Assembly (NCBI GenBank): GCA_965212005.1
Contig: OZ243038.1
Span: 2,103,981-2,167,980 of the forward strand
Direction of reading: 5' to 3'
DNA: 64,000 nt
Origin: Candidatus Porifericomitaceae bacterium
GTDB lineage: Bacteria; Pseudomonadota; Gammaproteobacteria; Porifericomitales; Porifericomitaceae
The notes beneath the pieces are model-generated. The model had not been told where the DNA came from and did not search any database. It saw only the letters and a program-made list of their open reading frames with translations. Position 1 is the stretch's first letter; each line of letters starts with the position of its first letter. Both the position numbers and the translations under genes were made by a program. Of the stretch, positions 40,516 through 48,965 are shown piece by piece.

Positions 40516-41049
40516 ATGCGGATCTCCCGCCGCAGTGGGGCATCGCCGATCGCCATTACCATAACCAAGGCCGACATCTGCAGCCTGCAGGTGGACGCGA
40601 TCGTCAATGCGGCCAATCGCTCCTTGCTGGGTGGCGGCGGTGTAGACGGCGCCATTCATCGTGCGGCCGGTCCAAAGTTGCGTGAATACAACCGCAAACT
40701 CGGAGGTTGTAAGACCGGGCAGGCCAGGATTTCCCCTGGATTTCTTCTGCCGGCCCGCTGGATCATTCATACCGTGGGTCCGGTGTGGCGCGGTGGGCTT
40801 GAGGTAGAAGCCGAACTGCTGGCCCAGTGTTACCGAAACTCCTTCGAACTGGCGCTGACGTACAAGGTACAGAGCATCGCCTTCCCATCTATCAGTACCG
40901 GCGTCTACGGCTATCCGAAGTTGGCAGCATCTCAGATCGCCGTTACCGAAATGCGCCGCTACGCAGACCGCATTCCCCGCATCATCGCTTGCTGCTTCAG
41001 CCTCCAGGACCAGCAAATCTACCAACAAACTGCCGGCCTGCAGGACTGA
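40516..41049 (+). CDS. macro-domain protein (O-acetyl-ADP-ribose deacetylase, YmdB-like)
   Basis: Motifs are ITKADICSLQVDAIVNAANRSLLGGGGVDGAIHRAAG and SIAFPSISTGVYGYP. Confidence 0.85.
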   Translation: MRISRRSGASPIAITITKADICSLQVDAIVNAANRSLLGGGGVDGAIHRAAGPKLREYNRKLGGCKTGQARISPGFLLPARWIIHTVGPVWRGGLEVEAELLAQCYRNSFELALTYKVQSIAFPSISTGVYGYPKLAASQIAVTEMRRYADRIPRIIACCFSLQDQQIYQQTAGLQD

Positions 41050-41404
41050 CCCCTGGTTCGGGACCGCGCCGGCCTGCACCTGCTCGCCTGGGCAGCGGCC
41101 CTGGACCGTTCCTTCCTCACCCGTTGCAATGCTCAGCGCAACGCACTTCATCTACTGCGTCATTGTTGCAGTTAAGCCGGTCCGCCTCTTGCCTGGCGAC
41201 CTCTCCCGTTGTTCGGTCTCGCTGGCTCCAGACTGACAAACGCCGCCGTTCAGCGTCAGAGTCGTCGCAGGCAGGGGCTCCGAGCCCAGCCACTGCGGGC
41301 GGATTTGCTCCGGGGGTAGTCGGAGAAACGTCATTCTTGACGGAAACCCGACGCTCTGCATCCGCCTGAGCTTGGTTTTGCCCGTGTTTACGGGCGGGTA
41401 CGGA

Positions 41405-41420
41405 TGGCATATAGCTTGCT
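41405..41420 (+). promoter_or_regulatory. sigma-54 promoter of the orphan pilin-like gene
   Basis: TGGCAT-atagc-TTGCT has exact GG-N10-GC spacing. It lies 49 nt upstream of ATG 41469, which itself has a GGGAGGGG Shine-Dalgarno. Confidence 0.55.
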
Positions 41421-41468
41421 GGTATATCTGTTCGTAAACAGCAAGAGCAGTCCAGGGAGGGGCGCACA

Positions 41469-42314
41469 ATGAGCATCGCACAAGGAGAATCGCAAGGAAG
41501 ATTACAAAGAGGGTTGCCAGGGCAAGCGCAAGAAAGTTCGCGGGCGAGGATCACAAGGGAGACCACCAGGAGCAGCAGACCATACAGCAGGCGGGCCGCG
41601 CAGCGCGGCTTCACATTGGTGGAGATCGCCATCGTACTGGTGATTATCGGTCTCTTGTTGGGCGGAGTCCTGAAGGGGCGAGAGTTGATTACCAGTGCGC
41701 GCGTACACAGCCTGGCCGAGCAGCACGCTTCGATACAGGCTGCTTACTACGCCTTTATCGATCGCTTCCGGAGGATTCCGGGAGACATGAGCAGTACCGC
41801 TGCCCGCGCCGCTATCGGGACCGCGGTACAAGTCGCCGCACGCTACGGCGGCGATGGAGATGGCGGTTTGGATGACGGCAGTTTTCAGGAAGCCTCGGCT
41901 CTATGGCACCACCTGTCCGCCGCCGGGTTTATCCACGGCAGCTATAGTGGCGGGGCCACGGGCGAGTCAGATTACATTGCCGGGGACGCGGCCCCGGTTA
42001 ATGCTTTCAATGGCCGGATTTTGCTGGTGCGTCTGGATGAGTACCTTGACGTTGCCGCGGCGCCGCCACTGCGCCTGGGCTTTGTGTTCGGCGGTCACAT
42101 TCCGGCTGCCGTTTTACGTGAACTGGACTTGAAGCTGGACGATGGACGCCCGGGCACGGGTTCCCTGCGTGCCAGCAGCACGGCCGCGGTAGGCAGTGGC
42201 AATTACGCTGGTGTGGAACTGGGCACGGCTTCCTGTGTCAGCGGAGCCGGAGCCGCTGCCCAATGGAACGTCGAGGCCGGCGCGGCAGACTGCAATGCGG
42301 TGTTCCTCTACTAG
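41469..42314 (+). CDS. prepilin-type N-terminal cleavage/methylation domain protein with an unusually long leader
   Basis: G|FTLVEIAIVLVIIGLLLGG is preceded by about 46 mostly Arg/Ser/Gln residues. No in-frame ATG/GTG lies between the SD-backed ATG at 41469 and the cleavage motif; only one TTG does. The C-terminal ~210 aa carry an LDLKLDDGRPGTG motif and a terminal Cys pair. Confidence 0.7.
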   Translation: MSIAQGESQGRLQRGLPGQAQESSRARITRETTRSSRPYSRRAAQRGFTLVEIAIVLVIIGLLLGGVLKGRELITSARVHSLAEQHASIQAAYYAFIDRFRRIPGDMSSTAARAAIGTAVQVAARYGGDGDGGLDDGSFQEASALWHHLSAAGFIHGSYSGGATGESDYIAGDAAPVNAFNGRILLVRLDEYLDVAAAPPLRLGFVFGGHIPAAVLRELDLKLDDGRPGTGSLRASSTAAVGSGNYAGVELGTASCVSGAGAAAQWNVEAGAADCNAVFLY

Positions 42315-42408
42315 ATGGCCGCAGACCGCATCAGGCGCCGCGAAGCAACTGCGCCCGCGGCGGTGCAATGGGACGGTGGCGGCGGAGTTGCCGCTCGCCT
42401 GGCGGTTT

Positions 42409-42906
42409 TTAATTCCCTGCAGAGCCTGCCTTGCGTGATCGCACGAGCTGCCGATTGAGTTCCAGCAGTTGTTTTAGATAGCGCCGCGCCTGCTGATAAA
42501 TACCGGGACGGCTGCTCTCTCGCGGACCGGCCACGTTGAGCACGCGCAGTTTGTGCCGCCGCAGCCAGCGGGCAGCCTCGACTGGAGCGGCGTCCTGATC
42601 CAGCAGCGCCAGCAGCCAGGGCTTAGCGCGCCGTTCGGCGTATTTGCGGGTTATCAGGGTGCCGCCGGCCAGCCGGCCAACGTTCAAAATCAACGTCCCG
42701 TCGCTGCGTTCCACGTTCAGCCGGGTGCGTACCGCGTATACATCGGAAGCAGTTTCATTCAATTGGTAGAAGGCTGGAATAGGCCCATCTTCCGCTCGGC
42801 GTCCGCGCGGACACCAGCCGCCGTGCTCGATCCCTGCCTGCAGCGCACTGTCCAGCGCGGCGCGGTCCACTCCGGTCTGTCCGCCGGAAATGATCCGCTC
42901 AAGCAA
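42409..42906 (-). CDS. SLOG-superfamily protein (YpsA / putative molybdenum-carrier family)
   Basis: LERIISGGQTGVDRAALDSALQAGIEHGGWCPRGRRAEDGPIP matches the family signature. The TTG start overlaps the antiporter stop by 8 nt. Confidence 0.7.
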   Translation of the reverse strand: MLERIISGGQTGVDRAALDSALQAGIEHGGWCPRGRRAEDGPIPAFYQLNETASDVYAVRTRLNVERSDGTLILNVGRLAGGTLITRKYAERRAKPWLLALLDQDAAPVEAARWLRRHKLRVLNVAGPRESSRPGIYQQARRYLKQLLELNRQLVRSRKAGSAGN

Positions 42907-44137
42907 GCTGCCCCCCCCATTGTTTGGCCAGCCTGCCGATACTGAGTCCCTGCACCAGCAAAGACCAGAGTACTACGCAGTAGGTGATGCTCAAAATCGC
43001 CTCGCGCTCAGCACCTGGCGGCAAGGCTAGTGCTAAGGCAATGGAAATCCCGCCGCGCAGGCCGCCCCAAGTCAGGATCCGGATGATGCCTGGACTGAGA
43101 GGCTGCAGCCGCTGCAACAGCATCACGGCGAAGCTGACGCTGCTAAGGCGCGCCAACAGCACGACTGCGATGGAGACGATGCCGGCCAGCAGGTATGGCA
43201 CTGGCAGGTGAATGAGCAAAAGCTCCAGGCCGAGCAGCAGAAACAGCATTGCATTCAGGATTTCGTCCAGGAGTTCCCAAAAGTGATGCAAATGCTCGCG
43301 GTTGCGCCGGCTCATGCCCAGCAGGCTGCCGTGATTTCCGATCATCAGTCCCGCCGTTACCATGGCCAGCGGACCGGAGACGTGGACCTGCAAGGCCAGT
43401 GCGTAGCCGCCGGAGACCAGCGCCAGCGTAATTAAAATTTCGATGGCATGCTCGTTGGATTGCCGTAGCAGCCAGTAGCCCAAGCCGCCCAGTATCAGTC
43501 CCAGCAGGATCCCTCCCAACGCTTCCTGCGCCAGCAGCAGCCCGGCACTGCTCCCGGAGAACTCGGTACCGGTCGCCAGGCTCAGCAGGACGGTAAACAA
43601 CACTACGGCCAGGCCGTCGTTAAACAGGGATTCTCCGGTGATCTTGGTTTCGATACTCTCGCGCACGCCGGCCTTGCGCAAAATGGCGATCACGGCGATC
43701 GGATCAGTGGGCGAGATCAACGCACCGAACAGCAGGCAGTAACCGAAAGACAGTGACAGCCCGAACAGGGGCAGCAGCCAGTAGCTGAGTGCGCCCACGA
43801 TCAGGGTGGAGAGCGCTACCCCCACGGTTGCCAGCACGCCCACGGCCCACTTCTGTCGGAGCAGGGAGCCGAGATCGATGAACAGTGCGCCGGCAAACAG
43901 CAGGTAGCACAGGATGCCGTGCATCAGGGTCTCGCTGAAGTCGATTCCGCGCACGGCGGCTGCCACCGGCGCCGCCCAGTCCAGACCCAGCTTCCCCAGC
44001 AGCAGCAGAACCAGTGACAGCACCAGGGCGGACAGCATGACGCCGATTGCGGTAGGCAGCCGCAGAAAGCGCTCGTTCAGCAGGCTGAAAAGGGCCGTCA
44101 GGGTGAGCAGGACGGCGACCAAGCTATAGAGGCTCAC
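42899..44137 (-). CDS. cation:proton antiporter (CPA1 / NhaP-type)
   Basis: 412 aa with about 11-12 TM helices and the ...SPTDPIAV... motif typical of Na+/H+ exchangers. The GTG start overlaps the TerB stop (GTGA). Confidence 0.8.
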   Translation of the reverse strand: MSLYSLVAVLLTLTALFSLLNERFLRLPTAIGVMLSALVLSLVLLLLGKLGLDWAAPVAAAVRGIDFSETLMHGILCYLLFAGALFIDLGSLLRQKWAVGVLATVGVALSTLIVGALSYWLLPLFGLSLSFGYCLLFGALISPTDPIAVIAILRKAGVRESIETKITGESLFNDGLAVVLFTVLLSLATGTEFSGSSAGLLLAQEALGGILLGLILGGLGYWLLRQSNEHAIEILITLALVSGGYALALQVHVSGPLAMVTAGLMIGNHGSLLGMSRRNREHLHHFWELLDEILNAMLFLLLGLELLLIHLPVPYLLAGIVSIAVVLLARLSSVSFAVMLLQRLQPLSPGIIRILTWGGLRGGISIALALALPPGAEREAILSITYCVVLWSLLVQGLSIGRLAKQWGGQLA

Positions 44138-44634
44138 GGTTTGACGGTCTCTTTTTTCCCTGTGACCAGCAGTTTGCCCTGAATAAACGCACGATGGGGC
44201 ACATGCAGTAAATCCGCGATCTTGCGGACGAGGAATTCTTCATGCTTGTCGATATGTCCGTCGGCGAAGGCGATGCGCCACAGTGCCGTCACAATCTCGG
44301 CGCGCGACGGTCGGTCCAGGTGTTGGTTGATCAAATGGGTAAACTCGTGCAGGGAGGTACTTGCCTCCACCTTGGCGTCAGCGGTGCTAAGCAGGGTCTG
44401 CAGTTCTACTTCTGAAAAACGGAATTTGTCACGCAGGTGCGCTTCGATGCCGCTGCGTTCGGAATCCGTGATGCGGTGGTCGGCACGGCTGACTTCGATC
44501 AGCAGGGCTGCCGTAGCCAGCTGCGCGGCGCTTGCGGCGACCGGCAGATTGGAGCCCGCTTGCGGGCTTGCATCGGGGGCTCGGCCGATGGCTTTCAGCC
44601 TGGAGAGAAACAGGGCATGCAGGGAAGCTGGCAT
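44134..44634 (-). CDS. TerB-family (tellurite-resistance-like) protein
   Basis: 166 aa with two TerB-type half-repeats (AALLIEVSRADHRITDSERSGIEAHL and ALWRIAFADGHIDKHEEFLVRKIADLL). Confidence 0.6.
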   Translation of the reverse strand: MPASLHALFLSRLKAIGRAPDASPQAGSNLPVAASAAQLATAALLIEVSRADHRITDSERSGIEAHLRDKFRFSEVELQTLLSTADAKVEASTSLHEFTHLINQHLDRPSRAEIVTALWRIAFADGHIDKHEEFLVRKIADLLHVPHRAFIQGKLLVTGKKETVKP

Positions 44635-44843
44635 GGGTGGAAACGGATCCGATCTAAACGCTAGTTAGCGGCGCGCGTAACCAGGTCGGCGGACTCATCG
44701 CCCTGCCGTTGTGTGGCGCAGCGGTGTACAGAGGTCAATTGGTTCATCGCGGCTTGACCCGGTGGCAACGCGGCGCCCGTGCCTTGTTCCGTTCGCCGCG
44801 GGACGTGCCGACATTGCGGATCAGGAGTGGGGACGGTAGCGGA

Positions 44844-45158
44844 TCAGTTCCGCTCGTGCAGCCGGTAGCAGCCGTCCTGGAAACTCTGGAAGAATTTATG
44901 CAACAGGGGATGGTGGATGGGTGCGTCCGAGTCATCATTCTCCAGGTTACGCTCGGCCACGTAGGTCTCTTGCTCACTCTTGTGAACCAGGATCCGGTAC
45001 CAGGGGGCGTCCTTCGGTGGTTGGGTAACTGTCTGCTGCTGATACCATTCCTCAGACCCACGGTAGCTCGGATCCACGTCAGCGATCACGCCGCGGTAAT
45101 TGAATAACTTATGCCGGACGGTTTGCCCGATAGAAAAGCTTGTATTAACAATTTCCAT
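44844..45158 (-). CDS. hspQ: heat-shock protein HspQ (hemimethylated-DNA-binding YccV family)
   Basis: MEIVNTSFSIGQTVRHKLFNYRGVIADVDPSY...APWYRILV parallels E. coli HspQ. Confidence 0.8.
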   Translation of the reverse strand: MEIVNTSFSIGQTVRHKLFNYRGVIADVDPSYRGSEEWYQQQTVTQPPKDAPWYRILVHKSEQETYVAERNLENDDSDAPIHHPLLHKFFQSFQDGCYRLHERN

Positions 45159-45402
45159 ACACCCCTCCCGACCATAAATCATGATAAAAGAGTATCATAG
45201 CAGAATGGAATGGAAGATAAAAAGCCGATTGCTACCAGGTAACTTGCCGTGGTCGGACGGGCAGATCCGCGGTGCGCCTCAGACAGCAGGCAGGAAAGCC
45301 GGCCTATGGTGCCGCTGGGCCGCAGCGCTAATGCAGGTCGCAGGCCTGCCCGGAGCAGCGCGGAGCGAAAACCGTCTGTGGCGAAACGGGTAGCGTGGAT
45401 CG

Positions 45403-46761
45403 ATGAGAAGTCACATGCTGCCGGAGCGGGATTTGAAGGTTTTATGGCACCCGTGCACGCAGATGAAGGACCACGAAGACTGGCCGTTGGTGCCGCTGCG
45501 CCGCGGCAAGGGAGTTTGGCTGGAAGACTACTCGGGTCAGCGTTACCTGGATGCTATCAGTTCCTGGTGGGTGAACCTGTTCGGTCATGGCAACCTGCAA
45601 GTCGGACGCGCCATCCACCGCCAACTGGATCGATTGGAGCACGCCATGCTGGCCGGGTTCACGCACGAACCGGCGGTGGCATTGGCGGAGCGCCTGGTCG
45701 AATGCACTCCGCCGGGGTTGAGCCGCTGCTTCTACGCGGATAATGGCTCCACCGCAGTGGAGGTGGCAATGAAAATGAGCTTTCACTACTGGCGCAACCA
45801 GGGCCGGGACCGCAAGCGCTTGTTTGTCTGCCTGGAGAACGGTTATCACGGCGAGACGCTGGGTGCGCTGTCCGTGGGGCGCGTATCTCTTTACCGGGAT
45901 ACCTATGCCCCGCTGCTGGCGCAAACCCTGGCTGCGCCTTCGCCGGACTGCTACCTGCGCCGGGAACAAGACTCCTGGGAGGAGCACTCGCGCCGGAAGT
46001 TTAAACCAATGGAAGAGCTGCTGCACAAGCACAAGGACGAAATCTGCGCCGTCATCGTCGAACCCCTGGTGCAGTGTGCCGGTTCTATGCGCATGTACCA
46101 CCCGGTGTACCTGCATTTGTTGCGCGAAGCCTGCGATGAACTCGATATTCATCTGATTGCCGATGAGATTGCCGTTGGCTTTGGACGCACTGGCACGTTA
46201 TTCGCCTGCGAACAGGCTTCCATTAGTCCGGACTTCCTGTGTTTGTCCAAGGGGCTGACCGGCGGTTTTCTGCCGCTGGCAGCCGTCCTGTGCCATGAAC
46301 GGATCTACCAGGCTTTTTATGCCGACCATGAACAGGGCCGGGCCTTTCTGCATTCTCACAGCTATACCGGAAATCCGCTGGCCTGCAGCGCAGCTCTGGC
46401 CACTCTGGGCATATTTGCCAATGAGCCGGTGCTGGAAAACAATGATCGGCTGGCTTTGTGCATAGAGGAAGAAGCCCGTATCTTCCAGGATCATCCCCAC
46501 GTGGCCGAAGTGCGTCGCTGCGGCATGATCCTGGCCGTGGAGATGGTGCGCGATCGCAAGGGGCGCAAACCCTTTCCCTGGCAGGAGCGACGCGGCCTGC
46601 GGGTGCATCGGCACGCACTCAAGCGCGGCGTGCTGCTGCGCCCGCTGGGGGACGTGATCTATTTCATGCCTCCCTATGTGATCACGGAGTTACAAATCCG
46701 CCGGATGATCGGGGTCGCTTTCGAAGGGCTGGAACAGGCCGTACAAGATTCCGGTGCGTGA
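45403..46761 (+). CDS. bioA: adenosylmethionine-8-amino-7-oxononanoate aminotransferase
   Basis: 452 aa, a class-III PLP aminotransferase. Motifs are VLWHPCTQMKD, LIADEIAVGFGRTG, and the PLP-Lys region LSKGLTGG. Confidence 0.92.
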   Translation: MRSHMLPERDLKVLWHPCTQMKDHEDWPLVPLRRGKGVWLEDYSGQRYLDAISSWWVNLFGHGNLQVGRAIHRQLDRLEHAMLAGFTHEPAVALAERLVECTPPGLSRCFYADNGSTAVEVAMKMSFHYWRNQGRDRKRLFVCLENGYHGETLGALSVGRVSLYRDTYAPLLAQTLAAPSPDCYLRREQDSWEEHSRRKFKPMEELLHKHKDEICAVIVEPLVQCAGSMRMYHPVYLHLLREACDELDIHLIADEIAVGFGRTGTLFACEQASISPDFLCLSKGLTGGFLPLAAVLCHERIYQAFYADHEQGRAFLHSHSYTGNPLACSAALATLGIFANEPVLENNDRLALCIEEEARIFQDHPHVAEVRRCGMILAVEMVRDRKGRKPFPWQERRGLRVHRHALKRGVLLRPLGDVIYFMPPYVITELQIRRMIGVAFEGLEQAVQDSGA

Positions 46762-47469
46762 GCCCCGGCTGTACGTGGACGCCTCTATGGGCAGCGGCGC
46801 TGCCGCCGGGTCCGGCGCGCTACCTGGTTGCAGTGTTGCGCATGGGTGTCAAGGGGAGTCGCTGCGCCTGTGTAACGGCAGTGGGGTGAGTAACAAAGCC
46901 CGGGTGAGTCTCCGTGCCACGCGGCGCGGTACATTTGGAGGCGGGACCGTACTGGCCCGTGCATGCGAATCCGTGCTGCGCGTCACGCTGCGTCCGCGGT
47001 CGCAGTAGGGACTCCCTCCTGCAGAAAGCGGTTGAACTGGGCGCGCGGTCGCCTGGCAGTGCGCTGCGCAAAGAGCCGCCGGCGTCTACCACCGGCACCT
47101 GGCCGGCCCCATTTTCTTCCCATGCAGCGCGCCTCCAGGTATGGATGACAGCGGATGGTGGCGATCGAGCCGTGGAAGGACGTCAACCCGCCGCAGGGAT
47201 GCAGGCCGGGCGCTGCGATCTATACGCGGCCGGCGTGTGTGCCACACCGCTGCGCCGGCGCTGCGCCGTTTTCACGGGCGCTCACACCGGTTGCCGAGCG
47301 CTGCAACGGGTGCGCTGCTGCGGCCGGCGGGTACCGACGGTTGCGGACCTAAGGGGCGTCGCCGGGTCGGAATAATACGGTGCCGGTTGCTTGCCGCCGG
47401 CGTATCGTGGGCAAAGGATCAGCGGCGGGGCAATGGATGCTCCGGCGTGATCGGTGGGTTAACCGGTGA
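46754..47469 (+). pseudogene. rsmE: 16S rRNA m3U1498 methyltransferase RsmE, broken by multiple frameshifts
   Basis: A GTG start gives MREPRLYVDA (the typical RsmE N-terminus). ARYLVAVLRMG, ESLRLCNGSG and LLQKAVELGA lie in three different frames. The span (~715 bp) equals a full-length rsmE and otherwise has no credible ORF. Confidence 0.5.
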
Positions 47470-48256
47470 GTGCGCGGTAATGGGCCGGGCGTCTGTCCGT
47501 CAGCTTGTAGTTTAGCGGGGTGATTTGCTTGTCGCGGGCCTGGGCCAGGTCAATCTCGTGCAGGTGCAGTTGTCGGGCGCGGCTGGGACCGCGGTGCAGC
47601 AGCGTGCCGTCCGGTGCGGTGATTTGGCTTTTGCCGGTAAAGCACAGTTTACCCCAGGGGCGTTGATCGGCACCGCAGCGGTTGGCGGTGACTGCGTACA
47701 CGCCGTTTTCCAGGGACCGTGCCGGCATGACCTGCTGGCAATGCGAGAGCACCAGGTTGCAGGGATGGCAGAGCACGTCCGCGCCGCCCAGCGCCAATAC
47801 CCGGGCGGTTTCCGGGAACAGCCAGTCGAAACAGATCATGATGCCGATGCGGGCCGTCCCGACCTGGTTTACACAAAGTTCAACGTCACCCGGATCAAAA
47901 TAACGCTTCTCCTCGTTAAACAAGTGCAGCTTGCGGTAAATATGTTCGACTCCCCGGGGGCCGATCAGCAGGGCGCTGTTGAAGCATCGATCGCCGTCGC
48001 GTTCGGCGAAGCCGGTGACCAGGTGGAACTGGTTGCGCACGCATAACCGGTGCAACTCCTCGACCGTGGCGGACGCGCCCGGTTCCTCACAGAGTTCTAG
48101 CAGTTCCGCCCGATCACGAAAGCAATACCCGGTGAAGGCCAGTTCCGGAAGCACGAGCAACTCTGCTCCGCATCCGTCCAATGCGGTGCATACCTGTGCC
48201 AGGTTGCGCTGCACCTTGCCGAACAGAGGGCGGAACTGGTAGTAGCCGATGCGCAT
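47459..48256 (-). CDS. carbon-nitrogen hydrolase (nitrilase superfamily) protein
   Basis: It begins MRIGYYQFRPLFGKV... and has the catalytic Glu (LVLPELAFTGY) and Cys (GIMICFDWLFPE). The start is placed at 48256; the track start is 48325. Confidence 0.8.
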   Translation of the reverse strand: MRIGYYQFRPLFGKVQRNLAQVCTALDGCGAELLVLPELAFTGYCFRDRAELLELCEEPGASATVEELHRLCVRNQFHLVTGFAERDGDRCFNSALLIGPRGVEHIYRKLHLFNEEKRYFDPGDVELCVNQVGTARIGIMICFDWLFPETARVLALGGADVLCHPCNLVLSHCQQVMPARSLENGVYAVTANRCGADQRPWGKLCFTGKSQITAPDGTLLHRGPSRARQLHLHEIDLAQARDKQITPLNYKLTDRRPAHYRALTG

Positions 48257-48485
48257 CGGGAGCAGGGGAACGCGTCCCGGATTCTCAGCTGCCGCGCAGG
48301 CCGGCTCCAGGCCTGTGCTCACCACGTGCGGTCTCAGGCACGGTCTTTACCGGGGTCGCGCCGGCCATCGTGCACGGCCCCAGGCAAGGTCTGCTGGATC
48401 GCACCGGGCAGGCGCTGTATCAAGGAGATAGACATGGATAGATTCAGTGTGCCGGTTCCGGAGCCTTGGTTCAAAGCGCCGCGGC

Positions 48486-48965
48486 TCAGCGGTAACGGGA
48501 TAGTGGCGGCGCCCCGTCCGCGGCCGCCTGGTATTTGACGGAGATCTCCTGAAAAGCGCGCAAGGCCTTTTGCGGGTCTTGATCCGGGCGTAGATGGAAG
48601 GAGTCGATCCCGCAGCGCTGCATAAAAAACAACTGGTCCTGCAACACTTCGCCAACGGCCCGCAATTCACCCCGGTAGCCGTGATGTTCGCGCAGCATGC
48701 GGGCGTGGGAATAGCAACGGCCGTCGGTAAACTGCGGGAAATCCAAGGCGATGAGATCGATGGCGTCCAATTCGGGGATCAATTCTTCCAGCGCATTATC
48801 GCCGCTGACGCAGACACCGAGGGGGGAACGCGCAGCCAACTCGGAGCGGTGTTCGCTCCAGTAGGCGAACGGGAATATCAGGTCGCCGGCCGGCAACGGA
48901 TCAGGCACGTCGCGCAGCAATTGCCACGCGTCCTGCTGCATCTGCAGGTTCTTAATTACCTGCAT
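48486..48965 (-). CDS. DUF934 protein (sulfite-reductase-associated)
   Basis: ...LIALDFPQFTDGRCYSHARMLREHHGYRGELRAVGEVLQDQLFFMQRCGIDSF... It lies immediately downstream of the sulfite reductase and overlaps it. Confidence 0.75.
   Translation of the reverse strand: MQVIKNLQMQQDAWQLLRDVPDPLPAGDLIFPFAYWSEHRSELAARSPLGVCVSGDNALEELIPELDAIDLIALDFPQFTDGRCYSHARMLREHHGYRGELRAVGEVLQDQLFFMQRCGIDSFHLRPDQDPQKALRAFQEISVKYQAAADGAPPLSRYR

Noticed and set aside
46191-46206. Sigma-54-like TGGCACgttatTCGCc inside bioA. A similar cGGCACttggaTTGCc occurs at 61596..61611 inside the S8 protease gene.
   Set aside because: Both lie deep within coding regions with no downstream gene start to serve. I kept them only as a reminder that GG-N10-GC matches arise by chance.
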